64,000 nucleotides of DNA, from positions 23,296 to 87,295 of the forward strand of contig CAWGHH010000001.1 in NCBI GenBank assembly GCA_963822405.1. The letters run 5' to 3'. The notes beneath the pieces were generated by a model. The model was given only the letters and a program-made list of their open reading frames with translations, made no database searches and had not been told where the DNA came from. This stretch comes from Candidatus Uhrbacteria bacterium (lineage in GTDB: Bacteria > Patescibacteriota > Patescibacteriia > UBA9934). The translations under genes were made by a program, and so were the position numbers. Of the stretch, positions 19,304 to 27,526 are shown one piece after another (the first letter of the stretch is position 1; each line of letters starts with the position of its first letter).

Positions 19304-19561
19304 GACCTCGTTTCATATGTTTCGTACATTTACCGAACGATAGATCAATATTACAAAAAACACCCCGTTAGAGGCGTCTCACTCGAATGCAGTTGATTAT
19401 AGATCGAAAAACACCGAAATTACACGAAACAATAAAACCCTCTAAAATGCGTCCTGGCTAGGAGCAGGCGCGGCGCAGGACGAGACGTACTTAATGGTAC
19501 GTAGAGTCCGAGCCCAGTGCCAGCGACAACGCCAGGGCGAATTTTAGTGGGTTTTATATAC

Positions 19562-19637
19562 TGGTGGACCAATGGGGATTCGAACCCCAGGCCTCGGCAA
19601 TGCGAATGCCGCGCTCTACCAACTGAGCTATTGGCCC
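19562..19637 (-). tRNA. tRNA-Ala (anticodon CGC)
   Basis: The reverse complement folds as GGGCCAA TA GCTCAGTTGGTAGAGC G CGGCA TTCGCAT TGCCG AGGCC TGGGG TTCGAAT CCCCA TTGGTCC A CCA. It has the G3:U70 Ala identity pair and an encoded CCA. Confidence 0.8.
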
Positions 19638-19638
19638 A

Positions 19639-19714
19639 TGGTGCCCTCACCTGGAATCGAACCAGGATCTAAGGCTTAGGAAGCCCCTGTTCTATCCAAT
19701 TGAACTATGAGGAC
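19639..19714 (-). tRNA. tRNA-Arg (anticodon CCU)
   Basis: The reverse complement folds as GTCCTCA TA GTTCAATTGGATAGAAC A GGGGC TTCCTAA GCCTT AGATC CTGGT TCGATTC CAGG TGAGGGC A CCA. It lies 1 nt from tRNA-Ala. Confidence 0.75.
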
Positions 19715-19843
19715 TTGCCTTTTCGCACAAGATTATGGCTAATCTTAGCTCTTTCTAATCACTAGTGTCGCAAAACACTTTTACTTCGTGGTATACTGTT
19801 AGCTCGCTAAAAAAGTATAAGAGATTGAACCATCTAGGTCAAT

Positions 19844-20947
19844 ATGCAAAACCTACTTCTACCCCTAATAATCGCATTACTTCTCATTGTTGTTGGTCTC
19901 CTTGTGGTCGTTGTCCGCAAGTCTCTCGCATCAAACACCGCTGGCACTGACGATCTCGCTCGCCGGCTCCAGGAAATGCGCGAGGAACTACAACGCACCC
20001 AATTTGAATCGCGTCAGGAGATCCAGGTGCACCTCACACGCGTCAACGATCAGGTCTACAAAGGAATGTCCGACTCGCAGAGATCACAGCAGGTGCAACA
20101 CGAACATACATCAAAAATCATTCAAGACATTACGAACCGACTCGCCTCACTCGACACGACCAATAAACAGGTTCTCGACTTTTCGGCACAACTCAAGCAG
20201 CTACAAGACATTCTGAAGAACCCAAAGCAACGCGGAATCGTCGGCGAATATTTTCTAGAGACCGCCTTGAAGAATGTTTTGCCACCAGATCATTATCAAA
20301 TGCAGTATAAATTTCAAAACGGCGAAATTGTCGACGCGGCGATATTTATCGAAGGAAAAATTATTCCGATCGATGCAAAATTTAGTTTAGAAAACTACAA
20401 TCGACTCTCAACCGAAACAAATCCGCAAGAAAAAGAAAAACTCGAAAAGTTATTTGTTGGAGACCTCAAACTTCGCATTCAAGAGACGTCAAAATACATT
20501 CGGCCGAACGAAGGAACCATGGATTTTGCTTTCATGTTCATCCCACACGAAGCGGTCTATTATGATCTACTTGTAAACAAAGTCGGCGCAGTGGCAGACG
20601 AGACAGACAGCTTGATCGCCCGTGCCGCCAGCAAGTATCGCGTTATCATCGTGTCGCCAACGTCGTTCTTCGCCTATCTACAAACAGTATTACAAGGCCT
20701 GCGAGCGTTGAAGATTCAAGAAGACGCGCAAATAATTCAGCAACAGGTTGGCGAGCTCGGCAAACACGTTCGAGCTTACGCCGACTACCACGGTAAGGTC
20801 GCGAAAAACCTCGCAACAACCGTAAATCAATTCAACCTATCCGGCGGGGAACTGAAAAAAATCGTAAAAGACGTGTCGAAGATTACTCAAACAGACATCG
20901 TCGAAGCATTAGAAATAGAGGTCGTCGACAAACCTGCACTTGAATAA
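19844..20947 (+). CDS. rmuC: DNA recombination protein RmuC
   Basis: N-terminal TM helix, long coiled-coil region, then the conserved RmuC C-terminal nuclease-like core FDFAFMFIPHEAVYYDLL...YRVIIVSPTSFFAYLQTV. Confidence 0.8.
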   Translation: MQNLLLPLIIALLLIVVGLLVVVVRKSLASNTAGTDDLARRLQEMREELQRTQFESRQEIQVHLTRVNDQVYKGMSDSQRSQQVQHEHTSKIIQDITNRLASLDTTNKQVLDFSAQLKQLQDILKNPKQRGIVGEYFLETALKNVLPPDHYQMQYKFQNGEIVDAAIFIEGKIIPIDAKFSLENYNRLSTETNPQEKEKLEKLFVGDLKLRIQETSKYIRPNEGTMDFAFMFIPHEAVYYDLLVNKVGAVADETDSLIARAASKYRVIIVSPTSFFAYLQTVLQGLRALKIQEDAQIIQQQVGELGKHVRAYADYHGKVAKNLATTVNQFNLSGGELKKIVKDVSKITQTDIVEALEIEVVDKPALE

Positions 20948-21041
20948 GCTCGAATGAGTGAGACAAAACAAAATCCCCGCGAGGAATGCTTAGTCGGCAA
21001 TCCGACGACATTCCGAACGGGGGTTTGTTTTGTGGAACGAA

Positions 21042-21308
21042 TTATTTCTTCGCCTTATTGAGCGCGAGCATTGTTCGGCTCTTTACGCGATCAACGGTGT
21101 TACGTTTCATGAGGTTCTGAGTAACGGCCTTGTCTAGCATCTGGCCGAGATCGGTCATGAGCTTCGTGGCTTCATCGAACTTCTTCGCTTCGACAAGCTT
21201 ACGGAGTGTGCGACGAGTATAAGCAATCTTAGCTTTAGCATCAGAGTTACGAGCACCACGAACCTTTGACTTACGGAGTGCTTTTTCTGCGTTCTTGAGA
21301 ATTGGCAT
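21042..21308 (-). CDS. rpsT: 30S ribosomal protein S20
   Basis: MPILKNAEKALRKSKVRGARNSDAKAKIAYTRRTLRKL...MLALNKAKK, characteristic S20. Confidence 0.85.
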   Translation of the reverse strand: MPILKNAEKALRKSKVRGARNSDAKAKIAYTRRTLRKLVEAKKFDEATKLMTDLGQMLDKAVTQNLMKRNTVDRVKSRTMLALNKAKK

Positions 21309-21492
21309 AGTGTATTAAAACGGCATAGCCGTCCTTACAGCGCATTGGCGCCGTAGCAATCCGGCTAAGCCGGACCAGTAAATTAGTGCGGGAACTATAG
21401 TGAAAAAAGGGAGGGAAGTCAAGAAAATGAAAACCCCCACCTCTGGCCGCCCGTTGGGCCGGAAGTGGGGGATATGATGTTCTGATATCAGC

Positions 21493-23658
21493 TCAACTTC
21501 CTGGACCTCTGCGGGGTTTTCCGAGAAAATCAAACCAATCGATCCAGCCAATACCAGTGTAGGCCCGCTGAGGCTCGCGGGGCAATCGAGTGTCTTCGTC
21601 GCAAGAGCTACGATACTCATGTCTTGTTCTAGGAGCAGGGAGACACAGCTGAATGGCAGCCTTGGCTTCTTCGATCGTTTCGTACCTATCGTACTTATCC
21701 TGTGGCGGCTTTGTTTGACCGAGAAAATCGCACCAATCAACCCAACCTTTTCCGGCGTAGGTTGTATTGGGATTACTATGCAACCGAGGATCTTGTTTGT
21801 AGACTTTATCGTAGTCCCTTCCCACCTTCGGTACCGGATTCAACAGCTGCACGGCCGCCTTGGCCTCTTCGATCGTTCTGTATTTCTCCTGCGGTCTTGT
21901 CTGACCGAGAAAGTCATACCAATTGATCCAACCTGTATCAGCATAATGTTCATTGGGCGTGACGGGCAACCGAGGATCTTGTTTGTAGACTTTATCGTAG
22001 TCCCTTCCCACCTTCGGTACCGGATTCAACAGCTGCACGGCCGCCTTGGCCTCTTCGATCGTTCTGTATTTCTCCTGCGGTCTTGTCTGACCGAGAAAGT
22101 CATACCAATTGATCCAACCTTTTCCGGCGAATGTTTGACGGGGATTAGACGGCAACCGAGGATCATTCATGTAGACGTCCGAATACTCCGGCTCCGACTT
22201 CGGTACCTGATTCAACAGCTGCACGGCCGCCTTGGCTTCTTCGATCGTTTCGTACTTCTCCTGCGGCCTTGTTTGGCCGAGAAAGTCATACCAATCGATC
22301 CAACCACATTCAGCGTAGATCTTTTGAGGTCCAGACGGCAACCGAGGATCATTCATGTAGACGTCCGAATACTCCGGCCCCGACTTCGGTACCGAGTTCA
22401 ACAGTTGCACAGCCACCTTTGCCTCATGGTAGCTGTAGAAAGGAACACTGAGTCGTTCAAGTACCTCGATGAGATCTCGAACATCCTCACTAAACTCAAT
22501 CATCCAACCCGTGTCGCTCACCACGATTCCCTCGGGTTTTTCGGCTTCACCAATGTGTTTGGTGATTTCGAGCTTGAGTTCGTTGACGGCGATGATGCGG
22601 TCGCAGTTGGCAACGAAGTCGAGGACGGTGATGCGGTGCTTGAGGGGAGTCTTGCGCGTTCCGCGTCCGAGTTGCTGAAGCCAGACCGTCATGCTGTCCG
22701 TTGACCGCAAGAACAGAATGAGCTCGGCATCAGGGATGTCTACGCCCTCGTTCAACTTATCGACAACGAAGATGGTTTTGAGCACTCCATCACGAAAGTC
22801 CTGGAGCGTCTGCGCCATCACTTTGATAGGCAGCTTAGAGTGGTACGGCTTCGCATTCGGGAATTGCGCCAGCACCATATCAAGATGCGTAAGCGAGTTA
22901 CAGAAGATGATGGTCTTCTTCACTCCCTCACCCTCAGTCCTGGCAATGCGCGCAATCTCCTCAAGGCGTTCCTCAAGGAAAATCGTGTCGTCAATTTGCC
23001 GGCGGCTGACGGTTCGATCGCCACCCGTAATCTTACGGATGAGCTCGCGCAGCTTCTTGATGCTGATGTTGTCCGTCATCACCTTGTAATCCACTTGCGC
23101 CAACCAACCGTCCGCAATGCCGCGGGCAAGCGGGTAGCTGTAGACTTCCTCTCCAAAGATGTCGCGAATGTCCTGACCGTCCATACGGTCTGGCGTCGCG
23201 GTCATCCCAAGGAGGAACTTGGGCGTGAAGTGCTCGATCACTTTCTTGTACTGCACCGCCTGCCCGTGGTGGGCCTCGTCAACAATGATGTACGTGAAAG
23301 CGTCCGGCAGAAACTCGTCCAGCATGTTCAACATGGTCTGGAAGGTGACGAAGAGAATCTGCGCGTCGGTATTTTCCGTTTCCGCACTCGTGATGATCCC
23401 CGTTCGGCGAGAACCATCAAATGCTTCGTCGAACTCCTTCCGCGCTTGACGAAGAATATCCGTCGTGTGGGCAAGAAAAAGCAACTGCTCGTTATCCTTC
23501 AAGTGTGTACGTGAGAACCGAGCTGACACCACAGTCTTTCCAAGGCCGGTTGCAAGCACAATAAGCGCGCTCTTGATCTCTTTGGCAACCATGACATCGA
23601 GCGTTTCGAGCACATCGAGCTGGTAGGGACGAAGAAGCTTTTCCGCAGTGATGCTCAT
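21493..23658 (-). CDS. Superfamily-2 helicase (type III restriction res-subunit/DEAD-like ATPase) with five C-terminal tandem repeats of about 63 aa
   Basis: N-terminus: Walker A ATGLGKT, DEAH box IIVDEAHH, motif III GMTATP, motif VI QQLGRGTR. C-terminus: 5 repeats TIEEAKAAVQLLN.VPK...Y..VY..DPRLP..P...YA..GWI.WYDFLGQTRPQEKY. Confidence 0.7.
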   Translation of the reverse strand: MSITAEKLLRPYQLDVLETLDVMVAKEIKSALIVLATGLGKTVVSARFSRTHLKDNEQLLFLAHTTDILRQARKEFDEAFDGSRRTGIITSAETENTDAQILFVTFQTMLNMLDEFLPDAFTYIIVDEAHHGQAVQYKKVIEHFTPKFLLGMTATPDRMDGQDIRDIFGEEVYSYPLARGIADGWLAQVDYKVMTDNISIKKLRELIRKITGGDRTVSRRQIDDTIFLEERLEEIARIARTEGEGVKKTIIFCNSLTHLDMVLAQFPNAKPYHSKLPIKVMAQTLQDFRDGVLKTIFVVDKLNEGVDIPDAELILFLRSTDSMTVWLQQLGRGTRKTPLKHRITVLDFVANCDRIIAVNELKLEITKHIGEAEKPEGIVVSDTGWMIEFSEDVRDLIEVLERLSVPFYSYHEAKVAVQLLNSVPKSGPEYSDVYMNDPRLPSGPQKIYAECGWIDWYDFLGQTRPQEKYETIEEAKAAVQLLNQVPKSEPEYSDVYMNDPRLPSNPRQTFAGKGWINWYDFLGQTRPQEKYRTIEEAKAAVQLLNPVPKVGRDYDKVYKQDPRLPVTPNEHYADTGWINWYDFLGQTRPQEKYRTIEEAKAAVQLLNPVPKVGRDYDKVYKQDPRLHSNPNTTYAGKGWVDWCDFLGQTKPPQDKYDRYETIEEAKAAIQLCLPAPRTRHEYRSSCDEDTRLPREPQRAYTGIGWIDWFDFLGKPRRGPGS
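21782..22119. repeat. Perfect 152-bp direct repeat (186-bp period) inside the helicase C-terminal repeat array
   Basis: The sequence aaccgaggatcttgtttgtagactttatcgtagtcccttcccaccttcggtaccggattcaacagctgcacggccgccttggcctcttcgatcgttctgtatttctcctgcggtcttgtctgaccgagaaagtcataccaattgatccaacct occurs at 21782-21933 and again at 21968-22119. The whole array, about 21600-22450, is made of diverged copies. Confidence 0.7.
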
Positions 23659-23752
23659 GACACACTCCTAAATCAAATTGTGAAGGAATTTCTGGGACTA
23701 TTTGAAGCGACAGAACAGAGATATTTACCATCAAAAGAGTGATTTCGTCAAT

Positions 23753-24811
23753 CTAAATTAGCCATTCACTAACTAGTCGATCAACCGAAATGGCCGGTTT
23801 GATGCCAGATTTCATGGCCAGGTCCAGTTTTTGGGCGAGGGCGTGGGTTTTGGCAAGGTCGATGGCGGCCCAGGAACGAACCTCGGCCAGGAGCTTTTGG
23901 GCAACAAATGGGTGAATAGCTAGTAGGGAAGCGATGTCTTGTTTTTGAGCCTTAGGATTGTCGTCGAGAACTGAACGAGCCTGAATAAGTAGACGAATTT
24001 GGCGAAGAAGCATGCCGAACAAGGCAAAATCGTCGCCACCTGCTTTACGCTCGCTGAATAACTTGTCGAGTGCCTTGCGCGGGACAGGCGAGGCAAGCGC
24101 GTCCATAAAGCCAAAAATGTCGGCCTCGTAATCCGCGCGCACGAGTAAATCAACCATTTCCATTGTTACCGGTTCATGTCGAGCGTATGCCGAAAGTTTT
24201 TCTAGCTCGCCACCAGTTCGCCAGGCGTCATCTTTGGTTCGTCGTAATATCTCATCGAGTACCGACGGCGTGATAGTAAGACCGAGCTTGACCACACGCT
24301 CACGCGCCCAAGCAATTAGTTCGGCGCCGGCTAAACGCGGAAGGGGATATGTGTGCACGTTCGGGAGAATCGATAATGTCTTGCCGAGTTCTTTCTTGGA
24401 AAAGTTTTCAACCGACAAATCATCTGAAAAAATTACAACGCTAGACTCTGGCGCTCGCTCGAACCCCGCAATCCACGGCTTCGCTTCCGCCTTTGTTACA
24501 GACTCGACCAAACCAGTGATAATAATTAGTCGTTTCTCAGATAAAAATGGCGAGGCCTGAACCGCATTTAAAATCTTCCCAGGCTCAAGATCAGACTTCG
24601 CCGTAATCACAAACTCATCGACATTCATTGCCGCTGGGTCATATTTTTCCAAGAATTTCTTTTTGAGATCGTCGACGCGTTCTTTTACGCGTAAGTGATC
24701 GTCACCGTAAACAAAGAGGAGCATACAGGGAGGGCCGACATAGAAGTCGGCCCATACAATACACCACGTTTGACCCTTCATGGGAAGACGGAGTAACGTT
24801 TCGCGGTGCAT
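23753..24811 (-). CDS. holA: DNA polymerase III delta subunit
   Basis: N-terminal region (LLFVYGDDHLRVKERVDDLKKKF...) and clamp-loader C-terminal helical domains fit the delta subunit. The likely true start is the internal Met of MLLFVYG. holA neighbouring rpsT is a conserved arrangement. Confidence 0.65.
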   Translation of the reverse strand: MHRETLLRLPMKGQTWCIVWADFYVGPPCMLLFVYGDDHLRVKERVDDLKKKFLEKYDPAAMNVDEFVITAKSDLEPGKILNAVQASPFLSEKRLIIITGLVESVTKAEAKPWIAGFERAPESSVVIFSDDLSVENFSKKELGKTLSILPNVHTYPLPRLAGAELIAWARERVVKLGLTITPSVLDEILRRTKDDAWRTGGELEKLSAYARHEPVTMEMVDLLVRADYEADIFGFMDALASPVPRKALDKLFSERKAGGDDFALFGMLLRQIRLLIQARSVLDDNPKAQKQDIASLLAIHPFVAQKLLAEVRSWAAIDLAKTHALAQKLDLAMKSGIKPAISVDRLVSEWLI

Positions 24812-25427
24812 GTCTGGAGGGAACTTGAGCTCAACACCGCGGCAGCTTGTACATAATCGGGAAACCCGTCGGAAGGTGATGATTGTTCTCTATGCGCTCG
24901 GCATGGATCTCAAAACCATTTGGGAAGTCATGGAAAGCATTGGCGCTGATCCAAAACAAATTCGACGGGATCTCAAGCACGTTAGAAATGCTTTGACCCC
25001 CGGAACGGATCCATATCGCGTTTTGCTTTTCACTCTGGCACTCGTGACCATGGAAGAAAAGTATCAGAACATGGCCAACGGTGAAGTGATTTTGTTCAAA
25101 GAAGCCCTGGAAGTATGGTGCGAGATCGACAAAGTGATCACCGGCTCGATCTGGGCATTGCACGCCCTCTTGATTGAGCATGAGATCGGCCTGGGCGAGG
25201 GAGTAGCGCCAGACTTTTTCGTTCACGAGGTATTCAAGGTGTTCCTTGATCCAACAACTGACCTGGAAGATCTCCCCGGCGACGAAGATGAATTTGATGA
25301 TTTCATCGTGAGTGCGGTTGTGAAGTTCGTAAACGCGCTCATAACGCCTGAGAACGTGAATGATCGCGAAGTAGACAATAGCCCGTTTGGCGGCAAGGGC
25401 TGGGGAGCTGCTGAAGGCGAAGGATAA
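24780..25427 (+). CDS. Hypothetical protein with an acidic C-terminus (true start probably MIVLYALG, about 24879)
   Basis: ORF only; no recognisable motifs. Confidence 0.35.
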   Translation: MGRRSNVSRCMSGGNLSSTPRQLVHNRETRRKVMIVLYALGMDLKTIWEVMESIGADPKQIRRDLKHVRNALTPGTDPYRVLLFTLALVTMEEKYQNMANGEVILFKEALEVWCEIDKVITGSIWALHALLIEHEIGLGEGVAPDFFVHEVFKVFLDPTTDLEDLPGDEDEFDDFIVSAVVKFVNALITPENVNDREVDNSPFGGKGWGAAEGEG

Positions 25428-25451
25428 CCGAATCGGGACTCGCAGACGCCT

Positions 25452-26012
25452 GTGGCACAGCCCGGGCGTCGATATTTTTTGGTAAACTGTGCGTATATGA
25501 ATCCAATCGTCGCCTTAGTTGGCCCTTCCGGGGCTGGCAAAACTAGCCTAATAGATCGAGCTGTGGCGGCCATGCCAGACAGATTTGATCGAGTCATCTC
25601 ATTCACTACTCGAGCAAAAAGAACCGAAGCAGATTCTTTGTATTACGAATTTGTCTCGCGCGAAGAAGTGGAAAAACGTAAAGCCGACGGCATTGTCGTG
25701 CAACTGGTCGAGTTCAACGGAAATTATTACGGAACTGATAAACCGCATGTTGAAGGTGTACTCAAAAACAAAATCGGCATTCTCGCTGTTATTGAACAAG
25801 GGATTCAAACTTACATCGACGCCGGAATTCCTATTGTCGTCGTGAAAATCGAACCGGTCGGTTACAAAACTCGGGAAGGTCGAGCCGAGGCCGACAAATT
25901 ACGCGAGCAAATTCCGATCAAAATAGATAAAACGATTATAAATAATTTCAGCGAAGGGGGACTTGAGCGCGCCACCCATGAGCTCGTTGAATTCTTGCGA
26001 ACTTGCGAATAA
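25452..26012 (+). CDS. Guanylate-kinase-like P-loop nucleotide kinase (paralog 1)
   Basis: Walker A VGPSGAGKTS, then FTTRAKRTEADSLYYEFVSREEVE...FNGNYYGT, which matches the GMP-kinase TTR..R..E..G..Y.FVS...F......F.GN.YGT pattern. Confidence 0.55.
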   Translation: MAQPGRRYFLVNCAYMNPIVALVGPSGAGKTSLIDRAVAAMPDRFDRVISFTTRAKRTEADSLYYEFVSREEVEKRKADGIVVQLVEFNGNYYGTDKPHVEGVLKNKIGILAVIEQGIQTYIDAGIPIVVVKIEPVGYKTREGRAEADKLREQIPIKIDKTIINNFSEGGLERATHELVEFLRTCE

Positions 26013-26048
26013 TTTGATAGAACACTCCAGCCATATAGGGAGTGTCAC

Positions 26049-26615
26049 ATGAAGACCAACGAAGAATCGAGGTCCAATGAATCGTTCATCATTGCGCTTG
26101 TGGGAGGAAGCGGAGCAGGCAAGAGCGTAATCGCCGAAGGAGTGACGGAGAAACAACCTTGGCGGTTTGGCCTGTTGCCCGGCTTCATGACTCGGTCGTT
26201 TCGCAAGGGCGAAGACAAACTGAACCTGGAAATCGTTCCCCACAAAGAAGGCCGCAAACGATTCGAAGCGTTCAAGGCAGGGGACACCAGCCTGTTCGTA
26301 AACGTATCCGAATGTACGGGAACGTATTACGGGAATACGCGGTTGACCGTTGATACGTTTTTGAAGCGGCGCCTCGCTATCAAAGACCTGAACGTAGACG
26401 GCGTGATCAACCTCCGGAAGGCTGGCTACCGCGTGGACGTAGTGTTCGTACAGCCAACTGGTCACACCCCACGTCCGGGTCGGGAAAAGATCGATCTCCT
26501 CGAGGCCGCTCGATATCCGAGTCTCGAACCAAAATTTACGGTGTTCACAGATCACCGCAATCGACGGTTCGATCCGACTCGCTGCATTCAACGCATTCTG
26601 GGAGAGTACAGCTAA
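26049..26615 (+). CDS. Guanylate-kinase-like P-loop kinase (paralog 2, divergent)
   Basis: VGGSGAGKS; FMTRSFRKGEDKL; CTGTYYGNT. Same fold family as the upstream gene but only distantly related to it. Confidence 0.5.
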   Translation: MKTNEESRSNESFIIALVGGSGAGKSVIAEGVTEKQPWRFGLLPGFMTRSFRKGEDKLNLEIVPHKEGRKRFEAFKAGDTSLFVNVSECTGTYYGNTRLTVDTFLKRRLAIKDLNVDGVINLRKAGYRVDVVFVQPTGHTPRPGREKIDLLEAARYPSLEPKFTVFTDHRNRRFDPTRCIQRILGEYS

Positions 26616-26703
26616 AAAAGGGCCCGCGTCGGTACGTCGACGCCGGCCTTCTCTATTTTTTACTCGAGCTCGCCCCAACGTTTCCAATTCTGGTATCAAT
26701 GAC

Positions 26704-27455
26704 TCAAGAAAGCTTCTTCAGATGAGATGACTTGAGAAGCGATTTCATCTGAATAATGGCAGTGTCGTTCAGCGCCATCAGTCGATCAGATTGCACCAAG
26801 CCTCTGCGAATGAACTCCGCGTTCAAGCTTTCAAGGTTCGCCAAACACACGAGTTGCACCACATCAGCGTGATCACGAACGTTGCCAGGAAGCTTCCGGT
26901 TCTTATCGCGCCATTCTTTTGCAGTAAATCCAAAAAGCGCCTTATTCAAGACATCAGCTTCGGATGCGTAAATTTGCATCGCAGCCGCCTTTGATATTTT
27001 TGCGGGAATGATATGTTCCTTGATTGCATCGGTATGGATGCGATAATTCACTTTTGCTAGCATGCGCTTAGTATCCCAGCCTAATGCAAGACGTTCCCCC
27101 TCCTCTTCTTTCATCCGTTGGAACTCTTTGATCAAGTAGAGCCGAAACTCTACGTTAATCCAAGCGGCAAATTCAAATGCGATGTCCTTATGAGCAAAGG
27201 TTCCGCTGTTATATCGGCCCCGTTTAGAAATAATCCCTTTTGCCTGAGTCGCCGTGATCCACCTACTCGGTGTCAGCGAAAATCCGTTTGATCCGGCCTC
27301 ACTTCTAAACCCATCGAATTCGATGGGTTAAAAACCGGATTTTCGAAACACTTTACCAAGTCTTCGCCAATAAAATAATTATGTGGCAACCAAAAACACC
27401 CGTCGCCATACTTATTGAGGATGAGTACCTCGCAAAGATGATGAAGAGTGTGTTT
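26704..27455 (-). pseudogene. Bro-N/KilA-N domain (phage antirepressor-like) gene remnant, frameshifted and without an ATG start
   Basis: The frame of 26704..27135 extends stop-to-stop to 27327 as ...SKRGRYNSGTFAHKDIAFEFAAWINVEFRLYLIKEFQRMKEEE, the Bro-N core motif. The preceding N-terminal part (...NKYGDGCFWLPHNYFIGEDLVKCFENPVF...) lies in a different frame at 27273-27452. No ATG is present, and the tracked ORF starts at TTG. Confidence 0.4.
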
Positions 27456-27526
27456 GGACTTTTATGGAGTAGAGCGAAATGAGAATCCAATAGCCCACCT
27501 CTAGACCCCTCACCTACGTTCGGGGA

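Noticed and set aside
19420-19650. 76-aa minus-strand ORF.
   Set aside because: It overlaps two well-formed tRNA genes (Ala-CGC, Arg-CCU). The region is RNA-coding.
21315-21740. 141-aa minus-strand ORF overlapping the 3' end of the helicase gene.
   Set aside because: It is out of frame with the helicase and has no motifs. The region 21420-21465 is better explained as the helicase terminator hairpin.
25899-26699. 266-aa minus-strand ORF overlapping both GK-like kinase genes.
   Set aside because: It is antisense to two genes with clear Walker A and GMP-kinase motifs. It has no motifs of its own.
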